Under the pieces are notes generated by a model. That model made no database searches. It was given only the letters and a program-made list of their open reading frames with translations, and was not told the DNA's origin. DNA of 27,441 nt. Source: a virus. Taxonomy: Duplodnaviria; Caudoviricetes. A program made the translations under genes and the position numbers. Below, piece by piece: positions 15,947 through 24,155 of the stretch. The stretch is taken from the IMG/VR virus record IMGVR_UViG_3300009183_000309, positions 1-27,441 of that record; one strand, 5' to 3'. Positions within the stretch are counted from its first letter, which is position 1. Every line of letters begins with the position of its first letter.

Positions 15947-16940
15947 GCGTTTCCTTAAACCATTTTTTAGCTTTCAATTGTATTTTAAGGGGATTAGCTT
16001 CTTTTGCTTGTGCTATTTTATATAGTGTAGCTAATCGTCCTAACTTTATAATTGCATCATTTACATCTTTAACATCATCAGGCCAATCTGGCATACTGAC
16101 ACTCCATCCATAATCTAATGCTTGTTCTAGTGTTAGTAGTCCAGCTTTATCTTTATCTGGAACCAGTACAATTTCTTTATTTAATTGCTTGAGTAGCCAA
16201 TTTTGGCTATCTTTAACTTCTGCGCCCAATAACGCACATCCGTCAATACTTATCGCATCAAACGGCCCTTCACAAACAATTACGAATTGTCTATTGTTAT
16301 GCTGTGCATCTAAATTAAACACATAACCAGGTTGCTGTTCACTTAGATATTTAGGCTTTGCATCGTTAAAAGCACGGGCAGTCCAACCTACTATTTCGCC
16401 TTTGTATAAAAACGGAATAATAATTCTATTATTAAATCCCACCTTGCTAGTCCAGTAGAACGGATATGCCCACGGGTCAATTTTTCTTTCAACTAGGTAT
16501 GCGTATGCTTCAGTGAATTTTGTTGGAACTGCGTAATCTCCGTCTGGAAGTTTTAAGAATGTATCTAATTCTTCAAAACTAATAGCGTCTATAGGTAACG
16601 CTCTGGCATCAAACGTTGGAACTATACTACGTACTTCGGTATTAGAGTCTTCATTTAACTTTAATGCTTCTAATCGTAATTGTCCAATGGTATCATCGCC
16701 CATGCCTAAATCTCGCATGAACTTGTTCATTTTTTGGCTTATAAGTCTACCAGGTTGCCAGCTGGCTTTGAATCCGCAATTGAAACAATGATAGCTTACG
16801 GCATTGCCTGCGTTGAATATAAGGCCGCCTCGTTGGCGTTTATCATCGCAACATACAGCATTAAAACTAATCCAACCACTAGGAGTTTGCTTCCGTTTTG
16901 CAGGAAGATAGCTGTTGATAGTGTCCGTGATTATACTCAT
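15930..16940 (-). CDS. gp61: DNA primase (zinc finger + TOPRIM; T4 gp61/DnaG-like)
   Basis: AVCC...YHCFNCG; RIIIPF...GWTAR; PKYL; CEGPFDA; PDKDKAG; KDVND. Confidence 0.92.
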   Translation of the reverse strand: MSIITDTINSYLPAKRKQTPSGWISFNAVCCDDKRQRGGLIFNAGNAVSYHCFNCGFKASWQPGRLISQKMNKFMRDLGMGDDTIGQLRLEALKLNEDSNTEVRSIVPTFDARALPIDAISFEELDTFLKLPDGDYAVPTKFTEAYAYLVERKIDPWAYPFYWTSKVGFNNRIIIPFLYKGEIVGWTARAFNDAKPKYLSEQQPGYVFNLDAQHNNRQFVIVCEGPFDAISIDGCALLGAEVKDSQNWLLKQLNKEIVLVPDKDKAGLLTLEQALDYGWSVSMPDWPDDVKDVNDAIIKLGRLATLYKIAQAKEANPLKIQLKAKKWFKETHEKTN

Positions 16941-16947
16941 ATAGAGT

Positions 16948-16976
16948 AGTATAACAGGTTAATTACAGCAGGTCAA
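16948..16976 (-). promoter_or_regulatory. sigma70-type promoter for the primase (TTGACC-17-TATACT, extended -10 TG)
   Basis: -10 ends 7 nt upstream of ATG 16940; no SD. Confidence 0.75.
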
Positions 16977-16979
16977 CCT

Positions 16980-17801
16980 TTATGATACAGTTACTTTGGT
17001 AATTGTGCCAGTTGTTGCTTGTACGTCTGTACGATTAAAAGTTACACGCATGTAGGTATAATCTTCCATGTTTTGATAGTTTTTGAGCATATAAGCAGTT
17101 GCAGAATTGACTACAAATGTATCTAACACAGTGCCACGAAGCGTAAAAGTCTCTGAGCTAATACTTGCATCTTTGGTAACTTCAACTTTTACAGTTCCAA
17201 TTAGTTGGTCGAATCTAAATTCTACACTCGATTCTGTACTAGCAATAGCTTCATAGAATCTCAAAGGTATTGCACTGCTATGGAAATATTCCATCATATC
17301 AGTACCGTACTGTAAATTTTTATAAAAACTAGTCACTACTTGCTCGTCTTTAATTGTTGGCATTGCATCGCCGACAAGTTCCATTTTGCCAACAGCACCA
17401 AATCTAGTATCACCGTATAGCATAACTTCCTTGCCAGCTTGTATGCCCGATACGCTAAATGATAAAAACTGGTGATCTAATTCATCTAAATCTTCTTGCG
17501 GAAGAATAACTGATGCCAAGCCTTTGTAGGTAGTCTGAGGCAATGTAGGAGTTACTGTGTATGGACTATTTGGCAATGCTTGCCCGCTTGCATCCATAAT
17601 GTTTAATTTAATTTGTGTAAGAGTAGATAAGTCAATACGCTTCTGGTCAGCGTTCTTAATGTCAAACTCTAGGGTATTATCTATACCAGCATAAATTTTT
17701 ATGTTTCTTTGATACACGTTTGTATACTCCACAGTGAAACCTGCCAAATCAGCCAATAGTTCAATTCTATTTGGATATAAATACGTTGAGATTTTTTGCA
17801 T
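16980..17801 (-). CDS. late hypothetical protein, probably structural (beta-rich, BppU-N-like start), 273 aa
   Basis: IKIYAGIDNTLEFDIKNADQKRIDLS pattern; ATAAATA box 17823-17829. Confidence 0.65.
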   Translation of the reverse strand: MQKISTYLYPNRIELLADLAGFTVEYTNVYQRNIKIYAGIDNTLEFDIKNADQKRIDLSTLTQIKLNIMDASGQALPNSPYTVTPTLPQTTYKGLASVILPQEDLDELDHQFLSFSVSGIQAGKEVMLYGDTRFGAVGKMELVGDAMPTIKDEQVVTSFYKNLQYGTDMMEYFHSSAIPLRFYEAIASTESSVEFRFDQLIGTVKVEVTKDASISSETFTLRGTVLDTFVVNSATAYMLKNYQNMEDYTYMRVTFNRTDVQATTGTITKVTVS

Positions 17802-17829
17802 TGTCGCAGGACCTTTATACTATATTTAT
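17776..17829. promoter_or_regulatory. crossed divergent late promoter boxes
   Basis: Plus TATAAATA 17776-17783 lies inside the minus gene; minus ATAAATA 17823-17829 overlaps the plus gene's ATG. Confidence 0.55.
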
Positions 17830-18202
17830 GGCAAAACTAAGAGATAACATAGAACAAAAACTACCCTTTATCAGTGTATTAAACTACGGTGAACTGGAAT
17901 ACATCGGGATCATAATAAATCAGGATCAATATGTAACCAGCTTTTACGACCTTAATGCCATACATACTCCGGAGGAACGTGCAATATTTTTAGAAATAGG
18001 AGAAACTTGGTGGTGGGAATCGAACCGTCAATTTCCTATTAATATATTTTGCAGAGATCAAATATACCCGTTTGCTTATGCTATTAAAACATTCAATAGT
18101 AAAGATGCCCGAGTTGTACTTGGACCCGTTGTTAATCTAATGAATTTAACTATGAAACGGGTTAAACGCAAGTCAGTACAGTTAGTACGCAAAGTACGTT
18201 AA
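17828..18202 (+). CDS. hypothetical protein, 124 aa (start revised to MAKLRDN)
   Basis: Only plus-strand gene in the right part; WWWESNRQFPINIF motif; basic C-terminus; perfect TATAAATA upstream. Confidence 0.75.
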   Translation: MAKLRDNIEQKLPFISVLNYGELEYIGIIINQDQYVTSFYDLNAIHTPEERAIFLEIGETWWWESNRQFPINIFCRDQIYPFAYAIKTFNSKDARVVLGPVVNLMNLTMKRVKRKSVQLVRKVR

Positions 18203-18777
18203 GTGTACTCGTAACTAATAGATTCGCAAATTAAATTCATTTGCACAACAATAGCCATAGCATAGGCCACCGCATGTGCCTTCTTAAAATAATATTCCTC
18301 AGTCGTTGGTTTCGTCCATACATCTAACAGTACTTCTGACCACGGTTTCCCTAATAAATGTTTCTTGGCGGGACGGATGATTGCCAGACACGCCGCGAGC
18401 TCTTCTATATTTTTTGGCTTCATCTTCCTCAATACGTGCCCGTGTCCATTCACGTGAAAGAGTAGATTCGAGAAGTCGTCCTGTTCCAGTAGGTCCCATA
18501 GTGGTTCTGTCTCCATAAGTTGTGTAAGGTGTGTCTCATCTCGTACACCTTTATAGATACTAACATTTAAGAAATCTATCTTAAAGTATCCACGTTCTTC
18601 TGCTTGCTTGTAGTCTATAGTACTCATACCAGTAAGCGGATTATACGGGATTGAAGTACAATACACTCCAGTATTGTGCTTTTTAAAAGTTCCATTATCT
18701 TCAATGGCCGCAGGTACATGCTTTAAAATGCTTAAAGCATTGGTACGATCTAAAAAGTCTATATCAATATCTGGCAT
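18199..18777 (-). CDS. dnaE: miniature / split DNA polymerase III alpha (DnaE, C-family) catalytic fragment, 192 aa
   Basis: MPDIDIDF, KHNTGVY, GYFKIDFLN, LAIIRP, YFKKAHAVAYA in the canonical DnaE order. Confidence 0.85.
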   Translation of the reverse strand: MPDIDIDFLDRTNALSILKHVPAAIEDNGTFKKHNTGVYCTSIPYNPLTGMSTIDYKQAEERGYFKIDFLNVSIYKGVRDETHLTQLMETEPLWDLLEQDDFSNLLFHVNGHGHVLRKMKPKNIEELAACLAIIRPAKKHLLGKPWSEVLLDVWTKPTTEEYYFKKAHAVAYAMAIVVQMNLICESISYEYT

Positions 18778-19406
18778 TACGCTGGTCCTATCATAGGTAT
18801 AACATTAAAAGAAATATTTACACGTTCAAATTCGCTAGTATTACGTTCTACTTTGTGCAATAAGTATGACGGAAATAACAATATATCGCCGTCTTCTGGT
18901 TCATATGTTGCAGTCCCGTAGTATGGCCACTGAGGTAACATAGTTCTATAAACATAATTATAAGGCATAAATTCAATTGTGCCTGTACCTTCTGCTTGGA
19001 AGTATACAGTTCCTGAAATGAAAGAATTTGTATGCGTATGTTCTCTGTTTTCTGAACCTGGCGGAGTAACACCAGCCCACATCATCATATCCCATTCTTC
19101 TCTGCTAATCGATTTGTGTTCTCTGGTACGAGTTATGTTTGACGGAGTTGCCATTGAATCATAATACAAACTACAAGCGTCTTTAAGTTTAGCTATTATT
19201 ATTTGAGTCAATGGTAATGCAAACCCATTATGTTGATGTGGATGCCCAGACCAAAGTCCGTTATTAATAGCAATTGTATCTTTATCCGCTGGATTATCTT
19301 TATATTTTAAAATAGCATCTGCAATTTCTACGCATTCTTCTTCGCTAAATGCACCTTTAACAAGTAAAATATTTGTTTGATCTAACACATTTAATTCTGT
19401 TTTCAT
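18777..19406 (-). CDS. putative 2OG-Fe(II) oxygenase (TIGR02466-like)
   Basis: W...EHTH..SFISGTVYF; PEDGDILLFPSYLLHKV; RVNISFN. Confidence 0.85.
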   Translation of the reverse strand: MKTELNVLDQTNILLVKGAFSEEECVEIADAILKYKDNPADKDTIAINNGLWSGHPHQHNGFALPLTQIIIAKLKDACSLYYDSMATPSNITRTREHKSISREEWDMMMWAGVTPPGSENREHTHTNSFISGTVYFQAEGTGTIEFMPYNYVYRTMLPQWPYYGTATYEPEDGDILLFPSYLLHKVERNTSEFERVNISFNVIPMIGPA

Positions 19407-20092
19407 ATGTTTGATTCCTTAATAACTTGTCTAACTAACTCTACATCGGCAGGCAATGATTTAAATTTCTTCATCCAAAATTGTGGATCTATTGTTGGGC
19501 CAACTGCTTCTAATTGTTCATCACTAAACTTTGATAGCATTTCTTTGCCATTTTTACTGTTCAATAATATCCAAGGACTTATCTTTCCATCACGGATATC
19601 AAAGCTAGCACGATTTAAACTTACATATAAAAAATAATGATTCCACTGACTCTTATGATCATCTGCCCATGTCATCATGTGCCCAATACTTCGCTGTAAT
19701 GCTGTTTCTACCGTTTCTACACGAATAAGGTTTGCTACATATTTTTCGTATAATTCATCTCTACACCAATGATCTAATTTAACACCGCTGGTAATAACAT
19801 AATCAATAAATCTATCAGGATACAATGGGTTTACATTGCTGACAAAACTGCCAAACTTAACAAATGCATTATAGTAAGGACTTTTGGCAAACTCATCGTA
19901 TGACTTGTTACCTTTTAAATTTTGACTCATTTTAAAGAATCTATTAAAAGCATCGTAACCCATGACAACATGTTTTTCAGTTTTAGCCAATGCTCTGCGT
20001 TTTTGTTCGCACAGATGCACCATTAACGTTTTTTCTTTTGAAAACGTGTTTGAACAATATTGACAAACGTAGTGAGTTGCCGCTAATGTCAT
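19403..20092 (-). CDS. hypothetical protein with an N-terminal C2H2/C2HC-type zinc finger, 229 aa
   Basis: YVCQYCSNTFSKEKTLMVHLC; overlaps its neighbours by ATGA-type coupling. Confidence 0.75.
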   Translation of the reverse strand: MTLAATHYVCQYCSNTFSKEKTLMVHLCEQKRRALAKTEKHVVMGYDAFNRFFKMSQNLKGNKSYDEFAKSPYYNAFVKFGSFVSNVNPLYPDRFIDYVITSGVKLDHWCRDELYEKYVANLIRVETVETALQRSIGHMMTWADDHKSQWNHYFLYVSLNRASFDIRDGKISPWILLNSKNGKEMLSKFSDEQLEAVGPTIDPQFWMKKFKSLPADVELVRQVIKESNI

Positions 20093-20571
20093 TTTAATAA
20101 TTTTTTAACCTCTGCATCTTCCATACCGTGCATTATAGCTAACTCTTTAAATTCTGCATCACTCATTAATTCTGCAAGTAATTCGCAATCTACTTGTTTT
20201 TTTGCAGGGTATAAATCTAATAAAAATTTTACCTTCTTATCTGAACTGTTCCCTGGCTTCTTTTTAAAGCCAATCCATTCGTGATAATGGATCTTTTTAC
20301 TTTCATGTCCACACATGGCCAACAGCATCCATAAGAGCTTAGGATGCTTTTGTAACAAATTCCAGTGTTTATTAAAGTATTCGTTAACAGTTAATATATA
20401 ATGCTGTTGTAAATATTTGTCGCTGGTCTTTACGTTACTAATATAACGATTCATGATAAAGAATTCGCTCTTCAGGGCCTTGCGTTGTTCGTCATCAAGT
20501 TCATCCCATAAGCCAATGTAGCCGCTATCCACGGCCGCCATTACTTCTTTAATTGCTAGTTTTTGTGCCAT
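20089..20571 (-). CDS. probable clamp-loader small subunit (T4 gp62-like), 160 aa
   Basis: FIMNRYIS...VNEYFN...HPKLLW...HEWI..K layout and size resemble gp62 homologues; replication context. Confidence 0.5.
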   Translation of the reverse strand: MAQKLAIKEVMAAVDSGYIGLWDELDDEQRKALKSEFFIMNRYISNVKTSDKYLQQHYILTVNEYFNKHWNLLQKHPKLLWMLLAMCGHESKKIHYHEWIGFKKKPGNSSDKKVKFLLDLYPAKKQVDCELLAELMSDAEFKELAIMHGMEDAEVKKLLK

Positions 20572-21190
20572 CTAACGCCTTTGGAATTAATACTGCATCA
20601 AATGCCATTACAGTTCTATTACCAGTGCCTTTCCAAGGATACACTAAATGTGAAACATAACTTGGAAAGATTAAAATATTTTTAGCTTCTGGCCTATAGC
20701 ACCAACCGTCTTGCAAAATAAACTTGGTTACATCTTTTTCTATAGGAAATTTAAACAAAATATTACCGTCAATATTTGTACTATCTTCAGCTAATGCAGG
20801 TGTTTCTATATACATATTGCCTGACAAGTGCCCTGCTGGATGATTATGCATAGCTTGATATTCGCCGGAGTTTTGTTTAATAGTCCAGATGCTAGTAACT
20901 TTAACTTTGACATATTCCATATCGGGTAACATACTTTGTGTTTTTACCTGTTGTAGATACTGGGTTAATTGTTCTTCTAAAAATTCAATTAACCAATCAA
21001 CATTGATACTAGCATCGTTAGGCAACACTTGTATTTGTTGGCCTCCACGCACACTTAGCTCATTATTTCCAGCATCATTAAGATCAGTTCGCTCGTGGAG
21101 TTTTTCAGCTAACTTTTTAATTCTTTCAAACATATCATCAGATATCGAATCAATACCCATAATTAGCGGATTAAAAAATGCATATTTCAT
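20549..21190 (-). CDS. putative 2OG-Fe(II) oxygenase (TIGR02466-like), 213 aa (start revised to MKYAFF)
   Basis: SIW...EYQAMHNH...LSGNMY; ILIFPSYVSHLVYP; RTVMAFD; SD AAGGA; ATGA overlap. Confidence 0.85.
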   Translation of the reverse strand: MKYAFFNPLIMGIDSISDDMFERIKKLAEKLHERTDLNDAGNNELSVRGGQQIQVLPNDASINVDWLIEFLEEQLTQYLQQVKTQSMLPDMEYVKVKVTSIWTIKQNSGEYQAMHNHPAGHLSGNMYIETPALAEDSTNIDGNILFKFPIEKDVTKFILQDGWCYRPEAKNILIFPSYVSHLVYPWKGTGNRTVMAFDAVLIPKALDGTKTSN

Positions 21191-21471
21191 TGTATTTTGT
21201 CCTTGCTTAATTTGTATATCATTATAGCACGATCCAAGGCCCTTTGTAAAGTGATATTGGTTTTTGCTTCTCTTCGAATTGCGCCCCAAAGTTTATCTTC
21301 TCGGATGTGCTCAATTAATGGTCGACCATCGCTTGTACGAGGATCTGGCGTGCCTTCCATTTCGTATTTGTAGCCAATTAATTTTCGATCAGTTTCTCCA
21401 AACTCGCGGGCATATACTTCATCGCCATTGCGTTCGTAAATGTAAGTTGCTCCAGGTTTAAGATTGCCCAT
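21187..21471 (-). CDS. hypothetical protein, 94 aa
   Basis: Tightly packed ORF in the operon (1-nt gap upstream, ATGA overlap downstream). Confidence 0.75.
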   Translation of the reverse strand: MGNLKPGATYIYERNGDEVYAREFGETDRKLIGYKYEMEGTPDPRTSDGRPLIEHIREDKLWGAIRREAKTNITLQRALDRAIMIYKLSKDKIQ

Positions 21472-21472
21472 T

Positions 21473-21979
21473 TTATAATATCTTACTCAAGTCAATAATT
21501 TCACTTTGACGGCTAATCTCTTTGCAGAAATAAGCACAATCAGGTTTGTCGCCTAAGCCTAACGGTGTAGCAAGTAGTTGGTTATTTTTCATCTTTGGAA
21601 AATACCATTTAACGTCATTATAAAAATTTACAATTTCAATTTTCTTAAATTCTACTCTAAAGCTACTAAGCGGATTAAAAATTAGTGCTTCAAACCCTCT
21701 ATCATTTAAACTAGTTAATGGTAAAATTTCAATATCACAACCACTACTGCTATCACCTACTGCTATGTGCCAATCAATTGGCATAGTAACCTGTTGACCG
21801 CCTATATTAAGTACCATTGCAGGTGCATTAAATGATTCTAAAAATATCAATGGCATAAAGAAAAAATCTGGTTCTTTGGCATCACTATTGTCTAATACAG
21901 CAAATCTACACTCTTCATCCACTTCTTCTGGAAGATTATCCAGTAAAAATGTTTTATTCTCTAACGTTAATATTTGCAT
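21473..21979 (-). CDS. hypothetical protein, 168 aa
   Basis: Operon-embedded ORF with AAGGA SD. Confidence 0.75.
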   Translation of the reverse strand: MQILTLENKTFLLDNLPEEVDEECRFAVLDNSDAKEPDFFFMPLIFLESFNAPAMVLNIGGQQVTMPIDWHIAVGDSSSGCDIEILPLTSLNDRGFEALIFNPLSSFRVEFKKIEIVNFYNDVKWYFPKMKNNQLLATPLGLGDKPDCAYFCKEISRQSEIIDLSKIL

Positions 21980-21984
21980 ATTCC

Positions 21985-22692
21985 TTATGTATTCCTGTTT
22001 ATAATAGACTTGATTTTGTTATATCCAGTATTTTGACTAAGTGAGAAATCCCATCTATCAAATTTCTTTGCAAATATATCCGGCGTCATAACATCAAGTT
22101 TTAGATCCCAATCCCTTTCTATTAGGGGCACTAACTGCGCCAAAGGTGTTCCACCTTTAATTGTTATTAATTTTGATTCTTTTGGTTTTTTGATTAGTGT
22201 ATTAATGTTAGCCTGATATTGATATTTAAATTCCGTAATAGCCGGAATCAATGTAAATTCTTGTGGGTCTGTCTGTGACCATACTGGTTGTACCCATAAC
22301 CATTCAATTGGTTCAGAGCACCATATCCACCATGGATTGTGATATTTTACGTTTATATAATCGGGCCAAGCACCCGGTGCTTGTACAGGTAAATCATGCC
22401 CGGTTGAATGCTCGCCGTACCTTTTGCCCATACCAGATTTAATATGTCCTGTATTATCGGCATTTACTAATACTTCGTAATCTGCCCATGCTGGTATTGT
22501 AAATCCATTATTATAAAGATCTGTAAGCCCGGGACATTGTTTGACGGTGCGTTTTCCGTCGGCCTTTGCCGGCAAAGAATTATACCAAGATGGAAGAGTA
22601 CTAGCAGTCTTGGTAATAGGAAATAAGTCTATTAATTGGCCTATTGGTGCGTATGCTTCTAATATTATTTTTTTCTTTTTATTAAAAAACAT
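21985..22692 (-). CDS. hypothetical protein, DUF6065/dUTPase-fold-like, 235 aa (start revised to MFFNKKKK)
   Basis: TVKQCPG..D...GFTIPAWAD; KYHNPW; IKGGTPLAQLVP; TAATG overlap with the helicase stop. Confidence 0.6.
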   Translation of the reverse strand: MFFNKKKKIILEAYAPIGQLIDLFPITKTASTLPSWYNSLPAKADGKRTVKQCPGLTDLYNNGFTIPAWADYEVLVNADNTGHIKSGMGKRYGEHSTGHDLPVQAPGAWPDYINVKYHNPWWIWCSEPIEWLWVQPVWSQTDPQEFTLIPAITEFKYQYQANINTLIKKPKESKLITIKGGTPLAQLVPLIERDWDLKLDVMTPDIFAKKFDRWDFSLSQNTGYNKIKSIINRNT

Positions 22693-24155
22693 TATCGTTG
22701 CCAATCCGTTTTTTCAATAGTAAACGGATATTTGGCGTCCTTGTAAAATTTCTTACGCTCTGTAAGATGTCGTTTAGCATATTTGCAAGTGCTAGTTATA
22801 TCCCAAATCTGGACGAAATCCTTGTCTTCTGCTTTCCGAATACCTCGTCCAATTGATTGTATAACGCGAACAAAGCTCTTTCCGGGTTCAAGAAGAACCA
22901 TATTAAAAATCCTAGGGATATTAATACCAACAGCGGCCACACCAAAAGTCGCCACAATAATCTTGTTATCATTCGTTTTAATTTCGTCATACTCTTCTTT
23001 TCTATCTTTAGTCTTTACTTCACCTGAGATAAAAACTGCTTCTGGAATTTCATTAATTAAAAATTTGCCTGAATCGATTCTATTAACTAGAACTAATGTG
23101 TTACCCGATTGAGATATTGTTTTAATTAATTTACTAAGATATATCATCCTGTCTTCGTCTGTGACAAGATACTTTAATTCTTCCGGATAGCTACTAAATT
23201 CTTTCAAGTCCATCAGTTGTACAACTTTGACATGACAGTCACTTAGCACACCTTTAGTTTGTAGCTCGTGTGCTTGTATGCTGTGAATAACTGGTCCAAG
23301 ACTTGCAAAGATAGCTTCAAATTCGTGTGCTTCTTTTGGTACAGTTCCTGTTAGTCCCCAGCGAATTGGAGCATTACATAGGTTTTGTGTAAGTAAATTT
23401 TTCAGTACTTCTGCTTTGGCCATGTGTACTTCGTCAACAATAACACATTTAACACCGTCAAGGAATTCTGCCAGTGTTACAATTTCGTGTTCTTGATTCT
23501 TTGATTTCTTATCCAGAATATTAAGGCTCTGCCACGTGCAAATCGTATGCGTTTTATTAAGATCCTTCCTGTCGCCATAGTAAACTCCTACGTCTAAACC
23601 ACAATTAATAAAGTCTTCTTCTGTTTGTTCAACTAATGATTTGTTAGGTACTATTGTAATGGTTCGACCAAAGTTTTCACATAGCTTACTCAAGGTCGCA
23701 GTGATAATTGTCTTGCCTGCGCCAGTTGCTACTTCTTGCAATGCCTGGGGATTTTTAAGAAAGTTGTTAATTACATCAAGTTGATAGTCACGTAACTTGA
23801 TAGGTTGGCCTGCTTGTTGATGACCTGGTGGCCAACAGCGTTCACCCCAAAAATCTTCAGTAACTTCTGGAAACGCTAACTTAATTGGATCACGCAAATC
23901 TTCTACTTCTTCCAAAGAGATGCCCATACTATGTAGTATTTGCATGACTTTTTCTAGTTGATTCAAATAGCCATTGCCACCAAGGCCAAACAAACTGACT
24001 GTTCCGTCCCAACGACCAAGTTTATATGCTGGATGGTACCTTGCATACGGTGCAAAAAATTTAAATGCGTTTGCTAACTTCTTTCGTGCGTCTAACTCAA
24101 GACCTTCAATCTTGATATTAACTTCATCTTTAATGACTAATTTTACAATGCCCAT
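22692..24155 (-). CDS. uvsW: SF2 DNA helicase, UvsW-like
   Basis: LRDYQ, ATGAGKT, DEVH, GLTGT, GINIP, QSIGRGIR. Confidence 0.9.
   Translation of the reverse strand: MGIVKLVIKDEVNIKIEGLELDARKKLANAFKFFAPYARYHPAYKLGRWDGTVSLFGLGGNGYLNQLEKVMQILHSMGISLEEVEDLRDPIKLAFPEVTEDFWGERCWPPGHQQAGQPIKLRDYQLDVINNFLKNPQALQEVATGAGKTIITATLSKLCENFGRTITIVPNKSLVEQTEEDFINCGLDVGVYYGDRKDLNKTHTICTWQSLNILDKKSKNQEHEIVTLAEFLDGVKCVIVDEVHMAKAEVLKNLLTQNLCNAPIRWGLTGTVPKEAHEFEAIFASLGPVIHSIQAHELQTKGVLSDCHVKVVQLMDLKEFSSYPEELKYLVTDEDRMIYLSKLIKTISQSGNTLVLVNRIDSGKFLINEIPEAVFISGEVKTKDRKEEYDEIKTNDNKIIVATFGVAAVGINIPRIFNMVLLEPGKSFVRVIQSIGRGIRKAEDKDFVQIWDITSTCKYAKRHLTERKKFYKDAKYPFTIEKTDWQR

Noticed and set aside
21221-21250. Promoter-like TTTACA-18-TATAAT (minus) upstream of the 21190 oxygenase
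   Set aside because: Lies inside the coding sequence of the 94-aa gene, and the downstream gene is already translationally coupled; possible but unsupported.
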